64,000 nt of DNA from contig CBDCYI010000005.1 of assembly GCA_965224085.1 (NCBI GenBank), positions 992,001-1,056,000 of the forward strand. Direction: 5' to 3'. Below the pieces are notes generated by a model, which searched no databases, was not told where the DNA came from, and was given only the letters and a program-made list of their open reading frames with translations. The position numbers were made by a program, and so were the translations under genes. Source of the stretch: Candidatus Marinacidobacterales bacterium. GTDB lineage: Bacteria > Acidobacteriota > Vicinamibacteria > Marinacidobacterales > SMYC01. Below, one piece after another: positions 38,647 through 49,356 of this stretch. Numbering within the stretch: position 1 is the first letter of the stretch; each line of letters begins with the position of its first letter.

Positions 38647-39612
38647 TCAGCGCTCCAGGCTGAAGACCGGGAATCGATGCGTCGATTCGAAACCCAAAGT
38701 ACGGTAGAGGCGCAGGGCGCGATCGTTGTCACGACTGACCATGAGGGACAAAGTTCGGATCCCGAGGGCCACAAGTCGATCGATGGTATTCTCGAGAAGC
38801 AAACGCCCGACGCCTTGCCGCTGAAAGGTCGGGTCCACGGCCACTTGAGCGAGATGGCCATGCCCCTTGGCGATCTCGGTGACGATAGCGAAGCCCGCGG
38901 CCGCATCGGTCGACGGCTCGCGCGCCACGGTGGATACTTCCGCTAGAGCCTTCCCGCAGCCGCGCTGGCGCACGATATTGTTGAGCAGAAGGCGGCAACC
39001 GGAGCTAGAACGATAGAGTTCGTTCATCTCTGCGTCGGCGCCACCTCTATGCGCTCGCTCCATCAACACCGCCATCTCGGACAAGTTCCAAGCCGTCCAG
39101 GACAGTAGCACCACGCGGCTCGAGGAGCCTGCATTGGTGTTTCCGCGCGACACTGTCCTTCGAAGGAAATCGCGCCAAAAGGTTTGAAAGCCTTCGGCTT
39201 CGAAGCATTCTGCGAGCCACTGGGCATCGAAGCAAACGAATTGGGTCTCGATGCGACGCACTCCGCGGCGGTACAAGTCTTCGAGAATCGCATGGAGCAT
39301 CATGCGTCCGATCTCGGAGTCCCGAAAGGCCGGAGAGACGACGAGCCCGGAGATCACGCCGCGATCTCCTTCGACGACGTAGTAAGCATAGGCAGCTGTC
39401 ACGCCGCCGCATCGGATAGCTTTCCCGACGAGCCCGCCGCGCTCGACCGCTCGCTCGAGGGCGGACATAGCGGTCGTAACGTCCCAGTCGAAACGCTCGC
39501 GCCAGAGCCGCGCCTCTCGATCCCACAAGCTACGAAGCTCGAAAGGCCAAACGCGACACAAATCCACGACTTGCAGATTCGCTGCAGCGCGCTCGGCGAT
39601 CAGGCTACTCAT
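38647..39612 (-). CDS. Tandem-domain GNAT N-acetyltransferase
   Basis: Two acetyl-CoA motif A copies: LVVSPAFRDSEIGRMML and VAVDPTFQRQGVGRLLL..NDRALRLYRTLGF. Confidence 0.88.
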   Translation of the reverse strand: MSSLIAERAAANLQVVDLCRVWPFELRSLWDREARLWRERFDWDVTTAMSALERAVERGGLVGKAIRCGGVTAAYAYYVVEGDRGVISGLVVSPAFRDSEIGRMMLHAILEDLYRRGVRRIETQFVCFDAQWLAECFEAEGFQTFWRDFLRRTVSRGNTNAGSSSRVVLLSWTAWNLSEMAVLMERAHRGGADAEMNELYRSSSGCRLLLNNIVRQRGCGKALAEVSTVAREPSTDAAAGFAIVTEIAKGHGHLAQVAVDPTFQRQGVGRLLLENTIDRLVALGIRTLSLMVSRDNDRALRLYRTLGFESTHRFPVFSLER

Positions 39613-39718
39613 GCTGGTCTCGATCTCACGTTTAGTGTACCGCGATCCGAGTTGTCTTATCTATTAATCAAGGTGACCAAGGTGAGAAGGGCGAACGTGG
39701 TACGATCGTTTCCAGCTT

Positions 39719-40867
39719 ATGCAAGCCGTGATCCTCGCTGCGGGCCGATCGACTCGAACTTACCCGCTAACACGCACACGCCCGAAACCACTGATCCCCA
39801 TTTGGGACAAACCGCTTCTCGAGCATCAGCTCGGTCAGCTGGCCGGTCTGGTCGACGAAGCCATCCTCGTGGTGGGTTACCGGCGTGAGCAAATCGAGTC
39901 CCATTTCGGACGCGAGCATCACGGTATCCGTTTGCGCTACGCTGAGCAACGCACCCAACGCGGCACCGCCGATGCGATGCTCTCCGCCCGTCCTTACATC
40001 TCTGAGAGAAGCCTCGTGCTCAACGGAGACGATTTTTACCATCACGTCGATCTCAAAGCGCTTCTCGACGGTGGGCGCGGGCTCCTCGTGACCCAAGCTC
40101 CGGACCCTCAAAACCGCGCGGTGGTCCGTTGCGAGCTCGACGCCGTCATCGACATCGTGGAAAAGCCGCAAAACCCTGAGCCGGGCGCGCTCTGCAGCGT
40201 CGGGGGCTATTGCATCGAGCACGCCGACTTGAAGCTACTGGACGATCTTCCGTTGAGCCCGCGCGGCGAGCTCGAGCTTCCCGATTTCATCCTGAGACTC
40301 GTACGCGAATCCAAGGTTCGGCGGCAGTCCATTACCCGGTGGTGGTTGCCCTTGACCTTTGGATGGGACGTCCTCAAGGCCGTGCGTCACATCTGGGCAG
40401 ATCCAAAGCGCGCGAAGGATCTCCGTATCGCGGAGACCGGACACGAAGCCCAAAGAGCGCGCGCCGATTTGAGCTTCGGAAAAAACGTACGACTCGAAGG
40501 TCCTATCAAGCTCGGAGACGGCGTACGGCTCGGCGACGGCGCTCGCCTCGTGGGCCCAACCACGATTGGGGCATTGTGCTCGATCGGTGAAGGTGCCCTC
40601 GTCGAAGCCAGCGCTCTTTTCGACAACGTACGTATCGGCGCGGGCGCGACGGTGCTCGACTCCGTGCTCGGCGAGGGCGTCGAAGTCGGCGAGAGGGCCA
40701 AGCTTTCGAGCGCCTCGGGGCGCGAGCTTACGATCGACGTCAAAGGAGTGCGCGTGCGTCCGGAGCTCGACCGACTCGGCGCGGTCGTGGGCGATGGAGC
40801 GCGGGTTCCGGAAGGAAGCGTCGTTGAGGCAGGAAGCTTGATCGACGCTACGTCTGGGCTAACGTAA
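39719..40867 (+). CDS. Sugar-phosphate nucleotidyltransferase with left-handed beta-helix (GlmU-like bifunctional)
   Basis: AVILAAGRSTRTYPLT..PKP, GTADA, VLNGD, IVEKP, SPRGELE; C-terminal hexapeptide repeats. Confidence 0.85.
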   Translation: MQAVILAAGRSTRTYPLTRTRPKPLIPIWDKPLLEHQLGQLAGLVDEAILVVGYRREQIESHFGREHHGIRLRYAEQRTQRGTADAMLSARPYISERSLVLNGDDFYHHVDLKALLDGGRGLLVTQAPDPQNRAVVRCELDAVIDIVEKPQNPEPGALCSVGGYCIEHADLKLLDDLPLSPRGELELPDFILRLVRESKVRRQSITRWWLPLTFGWDVLKAVRHIWADPKRAKDLRIAETGHEAQRARADLSFGKNVRLEGPIKLGDGVRLGDGARLVGPTTIGALCSIGEGALVEASALFDNVRIGAGATVLDSVLGEGVEVGERAKLSSASGRELTIDVKGVRVRPELDRLGAVVGDGARVPEGSVVEAGSLIDATSGLT

Positions 40868-41470
40868 CCACCCCTTCGGATAGCTCTGCCGATGCGCCTC
40901 TTCTTCGAGCGCCTTCACCGCCAGGGCGGCGGCCTGTCGCTCCTGGTCGGCCTCCTGAATGAGGCGGCGCAAGTGATCGAGAGATTCGATGACCGTATTG
41001 CCGTTCTCGTCGACATATTGGAGCCCCTCGATGACGTGAATACCATCGAGGGTCTGCTTGCGCTTTTGTGCGGCAGCCATACGTTGTTTCGCGGCCTGAT
41101 AGCGCCCTCGGAAATCGGCTTCGCGTCGCTTGCGGTCGCGGCTCTCGTCTACCGGGGTGACGGATTCGGGATCGTCCAGGGCGGAATCGAGGCCTAACGA
41201 GCTGCGGCTCACAGCGCTCGGATCGCCTTCGGTGTCGTTGTCGTTCTCACTGGTGACATTTTCACCTTCCGCGGCATCGGTGTCCTCTTCTTCTTCGAAG
41301 ATCTCCCCCTCGGCGAACTCCCGCGCGGCGACACTTTGGGCTTTGTTCTGGTCACGGCGCTCACGCTCCTTGCGCGCAAGCTCGCCGAGCGACTGCCCAG
41401 CAGGAGAGGCGGGGGCAGACCAGACAAAAAAGAGCGCAGCGGCGAGCAGAACCGACACGATTCTCGGCAT
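40859..41470 (-). CDS. Secreted coiled-coil hypothetical protein
   Basis: Signal peptide; QSLGELARKERERR; C-terminal LEEEAHRQSYPKGWLR. Confidence 0.75.
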   Translation of the reverse strand: MPRIVSVLLAAALFFVWSAPASPAGQSLGELARKERERRDQNKAQSVAAREFAEGEIFEEEEDTDAAEGENVTSENDNDTEGDPSAVSRSSLGLDSALDDPESVTPVDESRDRKRREADFRGRYQAAKQRMAAAQKRKQTLDGIHVIEGLQYVDENGNTVIESLDHLRRLIQEADQERQAAALAVKALEEEAHRQSYPKGWLR

Positions 41471-41543
41471 AGGGACCCCCAATTTTCTTATAGAAGATAC
41501 TTGGAATTAGCGTAGCATCTCGGCCCGGTTCCCGCTACGTGGC

Positions 41544-44500
41544 TTACGGTTCTCGGGAAAGCGCCCTAAAATACTCCTCGACGAGATTCCGGTACCCCGC
41601 TGGAACCTGGTCCGAACCGGCGACGTAGAGCTCGCCTTCCACGAGGCCTTCGAGCTCGCGTCGTAGCCAGTACTCGAACTGCTTGAGCTCCGTCAGCACC
41701 TCTTCTTCGAGCTGTTCGAGACCGAGGGGGTTCAAGTAGATCTGCTTTTGATCGAACTCTTCCATCCGGCGGATGATCTCACCAAGGTCGGGCACGTCGA
41801 GGTCCTGCCTCGCGAGTTCTTGCCGCAGGCCCTCGGCATCCGAGACGCGCTCGCGGAACTCACGGCGCAGCTGCCGGAGCTCCTCCGTCGAGAATTGTCC
41901 GGGCTGGTAGCTGCCGCCACCGGTCTGGGAGCCTGGCCCGATCGAGGTCGGCCCGGAAGCGCCGCTCTGATTTCCTTGACCCTCTTGTCCCTGTTGACCC
42001 TCTTCTCCCTGCTGCCCCTCTTGCCCCTGTTGTCCCTCGTGTCCTTGTTGCTGACCCTGCTGTCCGGGCTGTTCTCCCAGGCCGCGCTGACCATCCTGAT
42101 CTTGCTGGCCTTGCTGGTCTCGTTCGCCCTGCTCGGCCTCGCGGCGCTCCCGTATGCGCTCGGAAAGCGATTCGAGGTTACGCACGAGCTCGCGCGTCTG
42201 GTTGATCGCTTCGGCGACTTTGTCTTCCTCGGACTTGCCGATCGCACTCTGCGCTTCACCGAGACGATCGCGAAGCGATTCGATATCCTCGCCGATGACA
42301 GTCTCGAAGTTATCGGCATATTGTCCCGAGCGTCCCTGGACGACACCTTTGCTGTAACGGATCTTCTCCTTGAGCTTCGTATCGCGAATCGAGTTGGCCG
42401 CCTCTTGGATTTTGCGCGACGCCTCTTTTTGCTCGCTCCGCGAGTCCCGCGCCATGCGATCGAGCTGCGACTCCAGATTTGCGACTTGTTCGGCGAGCTC
42501 GTCTTTGCGCTCGAAGATGCGCTGGAGTCGCTCACCACTTCCCTGGCCTTCCGCACCGAGCTTGCTCACCTCGGACTGGATGCGCTCTTGCTGCGCCTTC
42601 AGGCGCTCCACTTGTTCCGCCGCATCGTCCATATCGCGCTTAAGCCGCACCGACCGGTTCTTGTCGAGTAAACGGCGAGCGTCTTTGAGCTTGTCGAGCG
42701 CCGCGAGCCCTTCGGCGAGCGCGCCGTCGTCGCCGCGCGCGCCTGCGCGCCTCATGTCGTTGGCCGCTTGCTCGAGGCGGCGCGCCGTGTCCTTTAGATC
42801 GGGCGAAGAATGCTCGCGGGCGAGGCGCTCGAGCTCGCGCGCGAGCTCTTCGGTCTGCTCAGCGAGCTCACGCTGGCTCATGCCCCCGCCGCCGCCCATT
42901 TGGTTGCGAAGGCGGCTCGCCTGGCGGCGCATCCGCTCGTTCTCTTGCTGCTGGCGGCGCGCAAGCTCTTGCAACCGCTGGAGCGCTTCATCAACTTCGT
43001 TGTCGACACTCTGCTGCTGTCCGCGCTGCACCGTCTCGTACTGATTCCGCAGCTTGTCGAGCTCGAGCTCGAAGAGATCCGCGAGATCCTCGGCGCTTGC
43101 GGCCTGACCGCCGCCACCGCCGCCACCCTGTTGGAAGGAGACCTGCACTTCGCGAAAGAAGGCGTCGGCCCGCTGCAGGTGTTGTAGCGCCCGCTGCTCG
43201 AACGGCATCGCCTTGTTCGGGTCCTTGGCCGTCAAGCTCTCCTCGGCCTCGCCCATCTCATCGATAGCCTTTTTCAACGACTCGCTGATGGCCGCGAAAT
43301 CTTCATCCACACCGGTAATACCGCGATTGCCCATGCGGCGCAGCAAGTTGGCAACCTGATCGCGCAGCCGGCCCTGCATGAGCGCTATCGTCGTGAGGTT
43401 TTCTTCCCAGTCGCGCTTCTTGTACTCGTCCTTGTCGCGAATGAGCTTGAACGTCGCCGCCACGATCTCGCGCTGTCGCAGGGACAACGTGCCTTCCATG
43501 CCACCGCCTCCGCCTCCGCCCTGCATCCCGCCCTGCGCCTGACGGTATTGGCGATCGAAAGGCCGCGCTTCGATGAAATAGATGTCCGTCGTCGCCACTT
43601 GGGGGCCGCCGGCATCTTTGGCGCGCGCGTAGTAGGAAATGAAATCTCCTGGTTGGAGCTCGTAATCTTCGAGAAAGAATGTGTAGCCCGCGATCATTTC
43701 TTTCTTCGCGCAGCCGTCGTAGAGTGCTTTGATCTGTTCGTCACCGCCGTTCACCGAAAAGACGAGCTCGAGGCGGCGCAGGCCGTAATCGTCTTCGCCT
43801 TTGATCTCGGTGAACACTTCCTCGATCGGATTCACTTTCGAATCCCTGCCGGGCTTCACGATCGTCACCGAAGGCGGCTGGTCCGACAAAAGCTCGATGG
43901 CGTAGTCGGGAGATGCCGGCTGCAGCGTTTGGTCGAAGGCTTCTAGATCGATGCGATAGAAGCCGTCCTCGACGAGCTCGAGCGTCACCGACAAATTGCC
44001 GTCCTCGCCAAGCTCGAGAGGCACGGAATCCTTCTCTTCGACCGCGAGCACACCGCCAGCGACGCGAACGGTCGGCACGATGCTGAAATGGACTTTGGTT
44101 CCACGAAGCGCCGCGATGTCGCCCCCGTCCTCGACGCGCTTCGGAGAGAGCCCGGTATAGCTCGGAAACTCGTATTCGAAATCGAGACGCCGCACGTAAG
44201 GCAGATCCGACACATCCACGCGAAACAAATCTGAGCGGACGCCATGGGCCTCGACGTAATATTCCGTTGGATCCTCGAGATCGAAGAGCATGAATGAATA
44301 GCGTCTCGTCTCGTCGTCGAAGCTCATTGGGAGACGCCGCCACTCGTCCTCTCCTTCGCTCTTGACGGCGATATCCGATTCTGCAGCATCAAACCCTCGA
44401 GGCTCCGCGGTCACGAGCTGATCCGCACCGCGCGCGACGCCGATGTCGCCTGGCTCGACGGCGATCATGTAAGGGCTCGCCGCTTGGGCGCTTCTCATCG

Positions 44501-45083
44501 GGTTGAGAAGAAGCCCCGCGCCGTAGCGCAGGAAGCTCGGGCTGAGCAGAACTGCGATCATTCCGCCGACCGCGATGGAAAGGAACACGGCCGAGCTTCT
44601 CTTTAGACCATCTTGATCGATCGCGTGCCCGTAGTCGATAGACTCGCAGCGCTCCACCGTTTGCTCGACGAGCTTCTCGATGAGAGCCGGCGACACGCTC
44701 GCGTCGACCCTCTTCTTCCCGATCCGGCCATCATTGGACCCGCCCACCTCGAGCGCACTCGAAAGGGCCTCTTTCAAAGACGGATCGTGTTCTTCGATAT
44801 AGAGTGCGACTTGTTCGTGGGTGACCCGCTTCGCGAGAGGGCGTACGAGGAACCGCAAAGCGAGACCGACGAGCGCCAGATAATTGAAGACGCGGAAAAG
44901 CCGGACGGACCACGCGCTGTAGCGGAAATATTCCATCCCGTAAGCGGAGATGGCGAAGGCCACGAGCCCGAAAAGCAGAAGAAAGGCGATGCCTTTGACC
45001 GTGTTCCGGATACGCCAACGGCTTCTTACATAGCGGATGACTCGAAGTAACTGCGGGTAGCCCGACGTCTCGAAAATTTCCAT
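41544..45083 (-). CDS. DUF4175-like membrane-anchored protein with Ig-like and long coiled-coil regions
   Basis: TTG start; three N-terminal TM segments, beta-rich region (YEFPSYTGL, DQPPSV, EDDYGL), coiled coils, Q/G-rich linker, VPAGYRNLVEEYFRALS tail. Confidence 0.8.
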   Translation of the reverse strand: MEIFETSGYPQLLRVIRYVRSRWRIRNTVKGIAFLLLFGLVAFAISAYGMEYFRYSAWSVRLFRVFNYLALVGLALRFLVRPLAKRVTHEQVALYIEEHDPSLKEALSSALEVGGSNDGRIGKKRVDASVSPALIEKLVEQTVERCESIDYGHAIDQDGLKRSSAVFLSIAVGGMIAVLLSPSFLRYGAGLLLNPMRSAQAASPYMIAVEPGDIGVARGADQLVTAEPRGFDAAESDIAVKSEGEDEWRRLPMSFDDETRRYSFMLFDLEDPTEYYVEAHGVRSDLFRVDVSDLPYVRRLDFEYEFPSYTGLSPKRVEDGGDIAALRGTKVHFSIVPTVRVAGGVLAVEEKDSVPLELGEDGNLSVTLELVEDGFYRIDLEAFDQTLQPASPDYAIELLSDQPPSVTIVKPGRDSKVNPIEEVFTEIKGEDDYGLRRLELVFSVNGGDEQIKALYDGCAKKEMIAGYTFFLEDYELQPGDFISYYARAKDAGGPQVATTDIYFIEARPFDRQYRQAQGGMQGGGGGGGMEGTLSLRQREIVAATFKLIRDKDEYKKRDWEENLTTIALMQGRLRDQVANLLRRMGNRGITGVDEDFAAISESLKKAIDEMGEAEESLTAKDPNKAMPFEQRALQHLQRADAFFREVQVSFQQGGGGGGGQAASAEDLADLFELELDKLRNQYETVQRGQQQSVDNEVDEALQRLQELARRQQQENERMRRQASRLRNQMGGGGGMSQRELAEQTEELARELERLAREHSSPDLKDTARRLEQAANDMRRAGARGDDGALAEGLAALDKLKDARRLLDKNRSVRLKRDMDDAAEQVERLKAQQERIQSEVSKLGAEGQGSGERLQRIFERKDELAEQVANLESQLDRMARDSRSEQKEASRKIQEAANSIRDTKLKEKIRYSKGVVQGRSGQYADNFETVIGEDIESLRDRLGEAQSAIGKSEEDKVAEAINQTRELVRNLESLSERIRERREAEQGERDQQGQQDQDGQRGLGEQPGQQGQQQGHEGQQGQEGQQGEEGQQGQEGQGNQSGASGPTSIGPGSQTGGGSYQPGQFSTEELRQLRREFRERVSDAEGLRQELARQDLDVPDLGEIIRRMEEFDQKQIYLNPLGLEQLEEEVLTELKQFEYWLRRELEGLVEGELYVAGSDQVPAGYRNLVEEYFRALSREP
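41980..42051 (-). repeat. Four degenerate 18-bp coding repeats (QQG[Q/E/H]EG)
   Basis: Units begin at 41980, 41998, 42016 and 42034 (CCCTCTTGTCCCTGTTGA-like). Confidence 0.8.
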
Positions 45084-45180
45084 TGCCTAAGCTCCGAAAA
45101 ATCATCTAGCTGTTAGTGCCCAATGTCCGCCCTCAGGCTGATCACAGGCGCTTCGCGCTTACTTAATAGTATAGCTCGGC

Positions 45181-47304
45181 TTAGCCGACAGCCGACACCA
45201 CGGTCCGAGTCCGCGACAAGCGATTCGAAAGGATCGTCTCCGTCACGAGCAGAATAAAAGCCGCGACGAGCAAATACCACCAATAGCCCTGCCGTCCTTC
45301 TTGGTCGGCCACTGTCTCGCCCGCGCCGGGAGCAGCGTTGTCGCTCAGCTCTCGAAACGTCACCGAAGCCACGAGCTCCTCCGGATCGAGCTTGGCGAGA
45401 TCCGACTCGGTCAAATCCAAGTTCGACGCGAGCGCCATGGCCTCTGCCGTCCCAGAGCCGCGGCCTGCCTGGCGAAGCTCGTAGAATCCTTGCTCCGAAA
45501 GCGACAGGAGCGCGCGTTCTTCGCTCGGCGGGATAATCGTGCGCGTTCCGGACGGCGCCGAGACGACGAGATCGACTTTCCGTTCTCCATCGGGTGCTAT
45601 GTCCTCACCCGTCCTCGCAAAAAATTGATCGAGGTCCGCGACTTCGCCGACCGTGTGCCACTCGTTGACCTCCGCGTAGCCTGCGGCATATTTCACGAGC
45701 TGGTGAAGAAAAGGCAGAAACACGGGCTGCAGCGCCAAGTCGTTCCAGAACGTGTCGAGCGTCGACGTCCACACGAGCACCCGCCCGTCGCCGATGGTCT
45801 TCTCGGCAAGTGCTACGGCCCCATCATCGAAGCGTGCGTGTGCGCCGCTTGCGATCGGCTCTTCGAAGGTACGGTAGCGAAAAAATTTAGTCGCGGAGAA
45901 ATCGCCACTATGCGGTGCTCCAAAGATGCCGAAGACCGGCGATCCGTAATCCAAATAAGACAGTGTCCCACCCCAGTCACGAGCGCGATCGGTCGACTCT
46001 CCGGGCGGGGCCGGCAGGAGGCGGGCGGCGTCTCCCGTGAAACTGTTCCGCCCGCTCGCTTCCCCGAGCGCTACGATGAGACCGCCCCCTTCGGAGACGA
46101 AGCGCTCGAGAAGACGCGCTCTAGCAGCCCCGATCGAGGCGACATCGTTCAAGAGCACCACATGGCGGCCCTCTAGATCGGCCGCGCCCAATTGGCTCAT
46201 CCGTTTGCTCTCGAGGCGAAATGACGGCCGATCGCCTATCGCCAGGGCGCGATCCACGTACAGGCTTCTGTGACGATTTCCGTCGAGAGAAAGCACGTTC
46301 AACGATTGCCCTGGCCAGAGCACGAAGTGATAAGCGTTGTCGATCTCGAGTTTGTCGGCATCCAGCTGAATCGTGCCACGCGAGACGCCGCCGGGAAGCG
46401 TCAGGGGATCGAAGCTCACCGTGGTCGAGCTGTTCGCGGCGAGCTGGAGTTTTTTCGATTGGAGCGAGCGGCCGTTGAGCTCCAGTTTGATATTGGTCTC
46501 GAGCGGCGGATCGCCGTCCGGCGCCTTGTTGGTGACACGTGCGGTAGCGATGAGCCGCTCGCGCACCGAGGCCTTATTGGTCTTGTCGGTCTTGTTGCGC
46601 TCGAGAATCACACCTGTCACCGCGAGATTCTCCGACGTCGAGCTCCCGACATCAATGGGCGTGAAACTCGTATCCGCGGGGAACCAAACGTCCTCATCGC
46701 CTTCCCAGCCGAGACGCTGGAAATCGGACAGCAGGACAACTTCCTTTCGCGTCAGCGACGATTCGTCGACGATCTTCTTCGCGAGCTTCAATGCGGAACC
46801 GTAGCGCGTCGTTCTTGCCGAGAGCGTGACGCCGTTCACGATCGCGTTCAGCTGATCCTTGTCCGAGGTCGGTTGATTCAAGATCTCCGCGCGATCCGAG
46901 AAGACGACCAACGATGCGCGCTCGTCGGGCGAAAGCGTTCCGATCTGCCCGCGTATGTCGTGTTTGGCCCGCTCGAGCCGGTCCTCGTAGCCCATGCTGT
47001 AGGAGTGATCGAGCACGAAAACCACCTCACGAGGTCCCAAAGGCAATGCACTCGCCGCCGTCGGCGATTCGAGGAACGGGCGCGCGAAGGCCAAGATCAA
47101 AAGGAGCAGCGCGAGACAGCGCAGCGCAAAGAGAAACAGATGGCGGAGCCGTTGGCGGCGCACCGAGCGATACGGGATGCGCCGGAGAAACATGAGCGAG
47201 GGAAAGTCGACGACTTCCTTCTTTTCACGGTTTGTGAGATGGATGATGACCGGGATCGCGAGAGCGAGCGCGCCGAGAAAAAAAGCCGGTGTCAGAAAGC
47301 TCAT
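45181..47304 (-). CDS. BatA-domain plus vWA membrane protein
   Basis: MSFLTP.F..ALAIPVIIHL..FPSLMFL (BatA N-terminus); MIDAS VLDHSYSM, LLSDFQ; C-terminal TM. Confidence 0.88.
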   Translation of the reverse strand: MSFLTPAFFLGALALAIPVIIHLTNREKKEVVDFPSLMFLRRIPYRSVRRQRLRHLFLFALRCLALLLLILAFARPFLESPTAASALPLGPREVVFVLDHSYSMGYEDRLERAKHDIRGQIGTLSPDERASLVVFSDRAEILNQPTSDKDQLNAIVNGVTLSARTTRYGSALKLAKKIVDESSLTRKEVVLLSDFQRLGWEGDEDVWFPADTSFTPIDVGSSTSENLAVTGVILERNKTDKTNKASVRERLIATARVTNKAPDGDPPLETNIKLELNGRSLQSKKLQLAANSSTTVSFDPLTLPGGVSRGTIQLDADKLEIDNAYHFVLWPGQSLNVLSLDGNRHRSLYVDRALAIGDRPSFRLESKRMSQLGAADLEGRHVVLLNDVASIGAARARLLERFVSEGGGLIVALGEASGRNSFTGDAARLLPAPPGESTDRARDWGGTLSYLDYGSPVFGIFGAPHSGDFSATKFFRYRTFEEPIASGAHARFDDGAVALAEKTIGDGRVLVWTSTLDTFWNDLALQPVFLPFLHQLVKYAAGYAEVNEWHTVGEVADLDQFFARTGEDIAPDGERKVDLVVSAPSGTRTIIPPSEERALLSLSEQGFYELRQAGRGSGTAEAMALASNLDLTESDLAKLDPEELVASVTFRELSDNAAPGAGETVADQEGRQGYWWYLLVAAFILLVTETILSNRLSRTRTVVSAVG

Positions 47305-47308
47305 GGGC

Positions 47309-48226
47309 TCACCTCGTCCGCGTCAGCCGTTCACGGCTCGAGAGGAAATGAAAGAGTGCGTAGTCGAGCGGCGTGGACGTGTCCATGAGCACATAATCGA
47401 TCCGATTATCGCCGAGCGTGTGGGTCAAGCGCGAGATGTGCTCTTGCACGAGTTTCCGATACTCGTCCCGCAAATATTCGGGAATGATCGGCTGAGCCTC
47501 ACCCGATTCGAGGTCCCGATAGTTCGCGGCCTCGTCATAGGGAAAACTGAGCTCGGCGGGGTCGAGAACGTGGAAGACGATAAGGTCGTTCCCTTTGTAC
47601 CGCAACCCCTTCACGGCATCGAGGATAGCGTCCGGCTCGTCATAGAGATCCGAAATGAGAACAACAACGCTCCGCCGCTGGATCGCCCCGGCGATTTTTT
47701 GCAAAGGCTTTCGGTAGTCGCCCGCCTTGGTGGACTCCAGACGATCGATAGAGTGAAGCACGATCTCGAGATGTTTCGCCGAAGGGGGCACAAAATCCAC
47801 GATGTCCTCGTCGAAGGTGACGAGGCCGATGCGATCGCGCTGTTGTTGCGAGAACACCGCGAGCGACGCCGCGAGGTAGCGTGCATAGTCGAGCTTCGTG
47901 ATGCCAACACTTCCGAAGTTCATCGAGCGCGAGATGTCGAGGAGCACCGTCAGGCTCGTATTCGTATCCGCCTCGAACTGTTTCACGTAGAAGCGGTCGG
48001 TCCGCGCAAAGAGCCTCCAATCAATCTGACGGATGTCGTCACCCGGCATATAGGCCCGATGTTCGGCGAAGTCGACCGAGCGCCCGAGATAAGTCGAGCG
48101 ATGAAGCCCGCTAATAAATCCCTGCACCACACTACGCGCCAGCAACTTCAAATTCGAGATGCGCCCAAGCACACGAGGGTCAACAAACTGCCCAAGCCGT
48201 TCCCCTTCTCGCTGAAGTTCCACCAT
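47309..48226 (-). CDS. DUF58 (vWA-like) protein
   Basis: GLHRS..G.SVDFAEHRAYMPGDDIRQIDW, YVKQFE, LDISRSM, LISDL. Confidence 0.92.
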   Translation of the reverse strand: MVELQREGERLGQFVDPRVLGRISNLKLLARSVVQGFISGLHRSTYLGRSVDFAEHRAYMPGDDIRQIDWRLFARTDRFYVKQFEADTNTSLTVLLDISRSMNFGSVGITKLDYARYLAASLAVFSQQQRDRIGLVTFDEDIVDFVPPSAKHLEIVLHSIDRLESTKAGDYRKPLQKIAGAIQRRSVVVLISDLYDEPDAILDAVKGLRYKGNDLIVFHVLDPAELSFPYDEAANYRDLESGEAQPIIPEYLRDEYRKLVQEHISRLTHTLGDNRIDYVLMDTSTPLDYALFHFLSSRERLTRTR

Positions 48227-48264
48227 AACCTACGAATTCCGGAAGTCCTGAAACCTGACCAAAA

Positions 48265-49296
48265 TCACATTCTCGATTTCGGAGCATCGACCGTCTCGAG
48301 AAGCTGGTCGAGGATCTTCTCCGAAGAAATCTTCTCCGACTGCGCGTGGAAATTAGTCAGGATGCGGTGGCGAAAGACCGGCGGCGCGAGGGCGCGAATG
48401 TCCTCGTAGCTTACGTGATAGCGCCCATCCATGATCGCCCGGGCCTTGCTGCCGAGGATGATGTATTGCGCCGCCCGGACGCTCGCACCGTACTCGACCC
48501 ACTTCTCGACGAACTCGGGAGCGCCCTCTTCCCCTGGCCGCGACGTCCGTGCGAGGCGCACCGCGTAGCGCATGATCGACTCCGCCACGGGCACGCGCCG
48601 CACGAGCGTCTGGAAGGCGAGGATGTCGTCCCCGGTAATGACGTTGTCGAAGCTAATGTCCTGCACCGCGGTCGTGTTCCGCACCACCTCAATCTCGTCC
48701 TCTTCCGGCATGTAATCAATGATGATGTTGAACATGAAGCGGTCGAGCTGTGCTTCGGGAAGCGGATAGGTGCCTTCGAGCTCGATCGGGTTCTGGGTCG
48801 CGAAGACGAAAAAAGGCTCTTCGAGCGTATAGGTGCGCCCTTGAATCGTGACCTGGTGCTCCTGCATGGCTTCGAGAAGCGCCGATTGCGTCTTGGGCGG
48901 TGTCCGGTTGATCTCGTCGGCGAGCACGATGTTGTTGAAGATGGGCCCGGGCATGAAGACGAGCTCGCGCTTACCCGTTTGCGGATCTTCCTGCACGAGG
49001 TCGGTGCCCGTGATGTCGGACGGCATCAGATCCGGCGTGAACTGGATCCGAGCGAATTTGAGATCCAAGACCTGGGCGACGGTGTGTACGATCATCGTCT
49101 TCGCAAGGCCGGGAACGCCTGTGATGATGGAATTGCCGCCGACGAACAGCGACAAGAGCACCTGCTCGATCGGGCCTTCTTGACCCACGATGAGCTTCTT
49201 GATCTCGCCCGTCACATTCGCATAGGCGTCTTTCAGCTTGTCCGCGAGTGCTATGTCATCTTCGGATTCGAGAGCGACTTTTTCTTCTGCAGCCAA
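48265..49296 (-). CDS. moxR: MoxR-family AAA+ ATPase
   Basis: GVPGLAKT, RIQFTPDLMPSDITG, LADEINRTPPKTQSALLEAMQE, ATQNPIELEGTYPLPEAQLDRF. Confidence 0.96.
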   Translation of the reverse strand: MAAEEKVALESEDDIALADKLKDAYANVTGEIKKLIVGQEGPIEQVLLSLFVGGNSIITGVPGLAKTMIVHTVAQVLDLKFARIQFTPDLMPSDITGTDLVQEDPQTGKRELVFMPGPIFNNIVLADEINRTPPKTQSALLEAMQEHQVTIQGRTYTLEEPFFVFATQNPIELEGTYPLPEAQLDRFMFNIIIDYMPEEDEIEVVRNTTAVQDISFDNVITGDDILAFQTLVRRVPVAESIMRYAVRLARTSRPGEEGAPEFVEKWVEYGASVRAAQYIILGSKARAIMDGRYHVSYEDIRALAPPVFRHRILTNFHAQSEKISSEKILDQLLETVDAPKSRM

Positions 49297-49356
49297 GACT
49301 AGATTTCCTTTCCTTAAGTTTGGATTCTATTCATCCCGTCATCAATACGCAGGCCA

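Noticed and set aside
39630-39670. AT-rich intergenic snippets resembling IS-end scars (also ~7250-7290 and ~58735-58840)
   Set aside because: No partner inverted repeat or second copy visible in the window.
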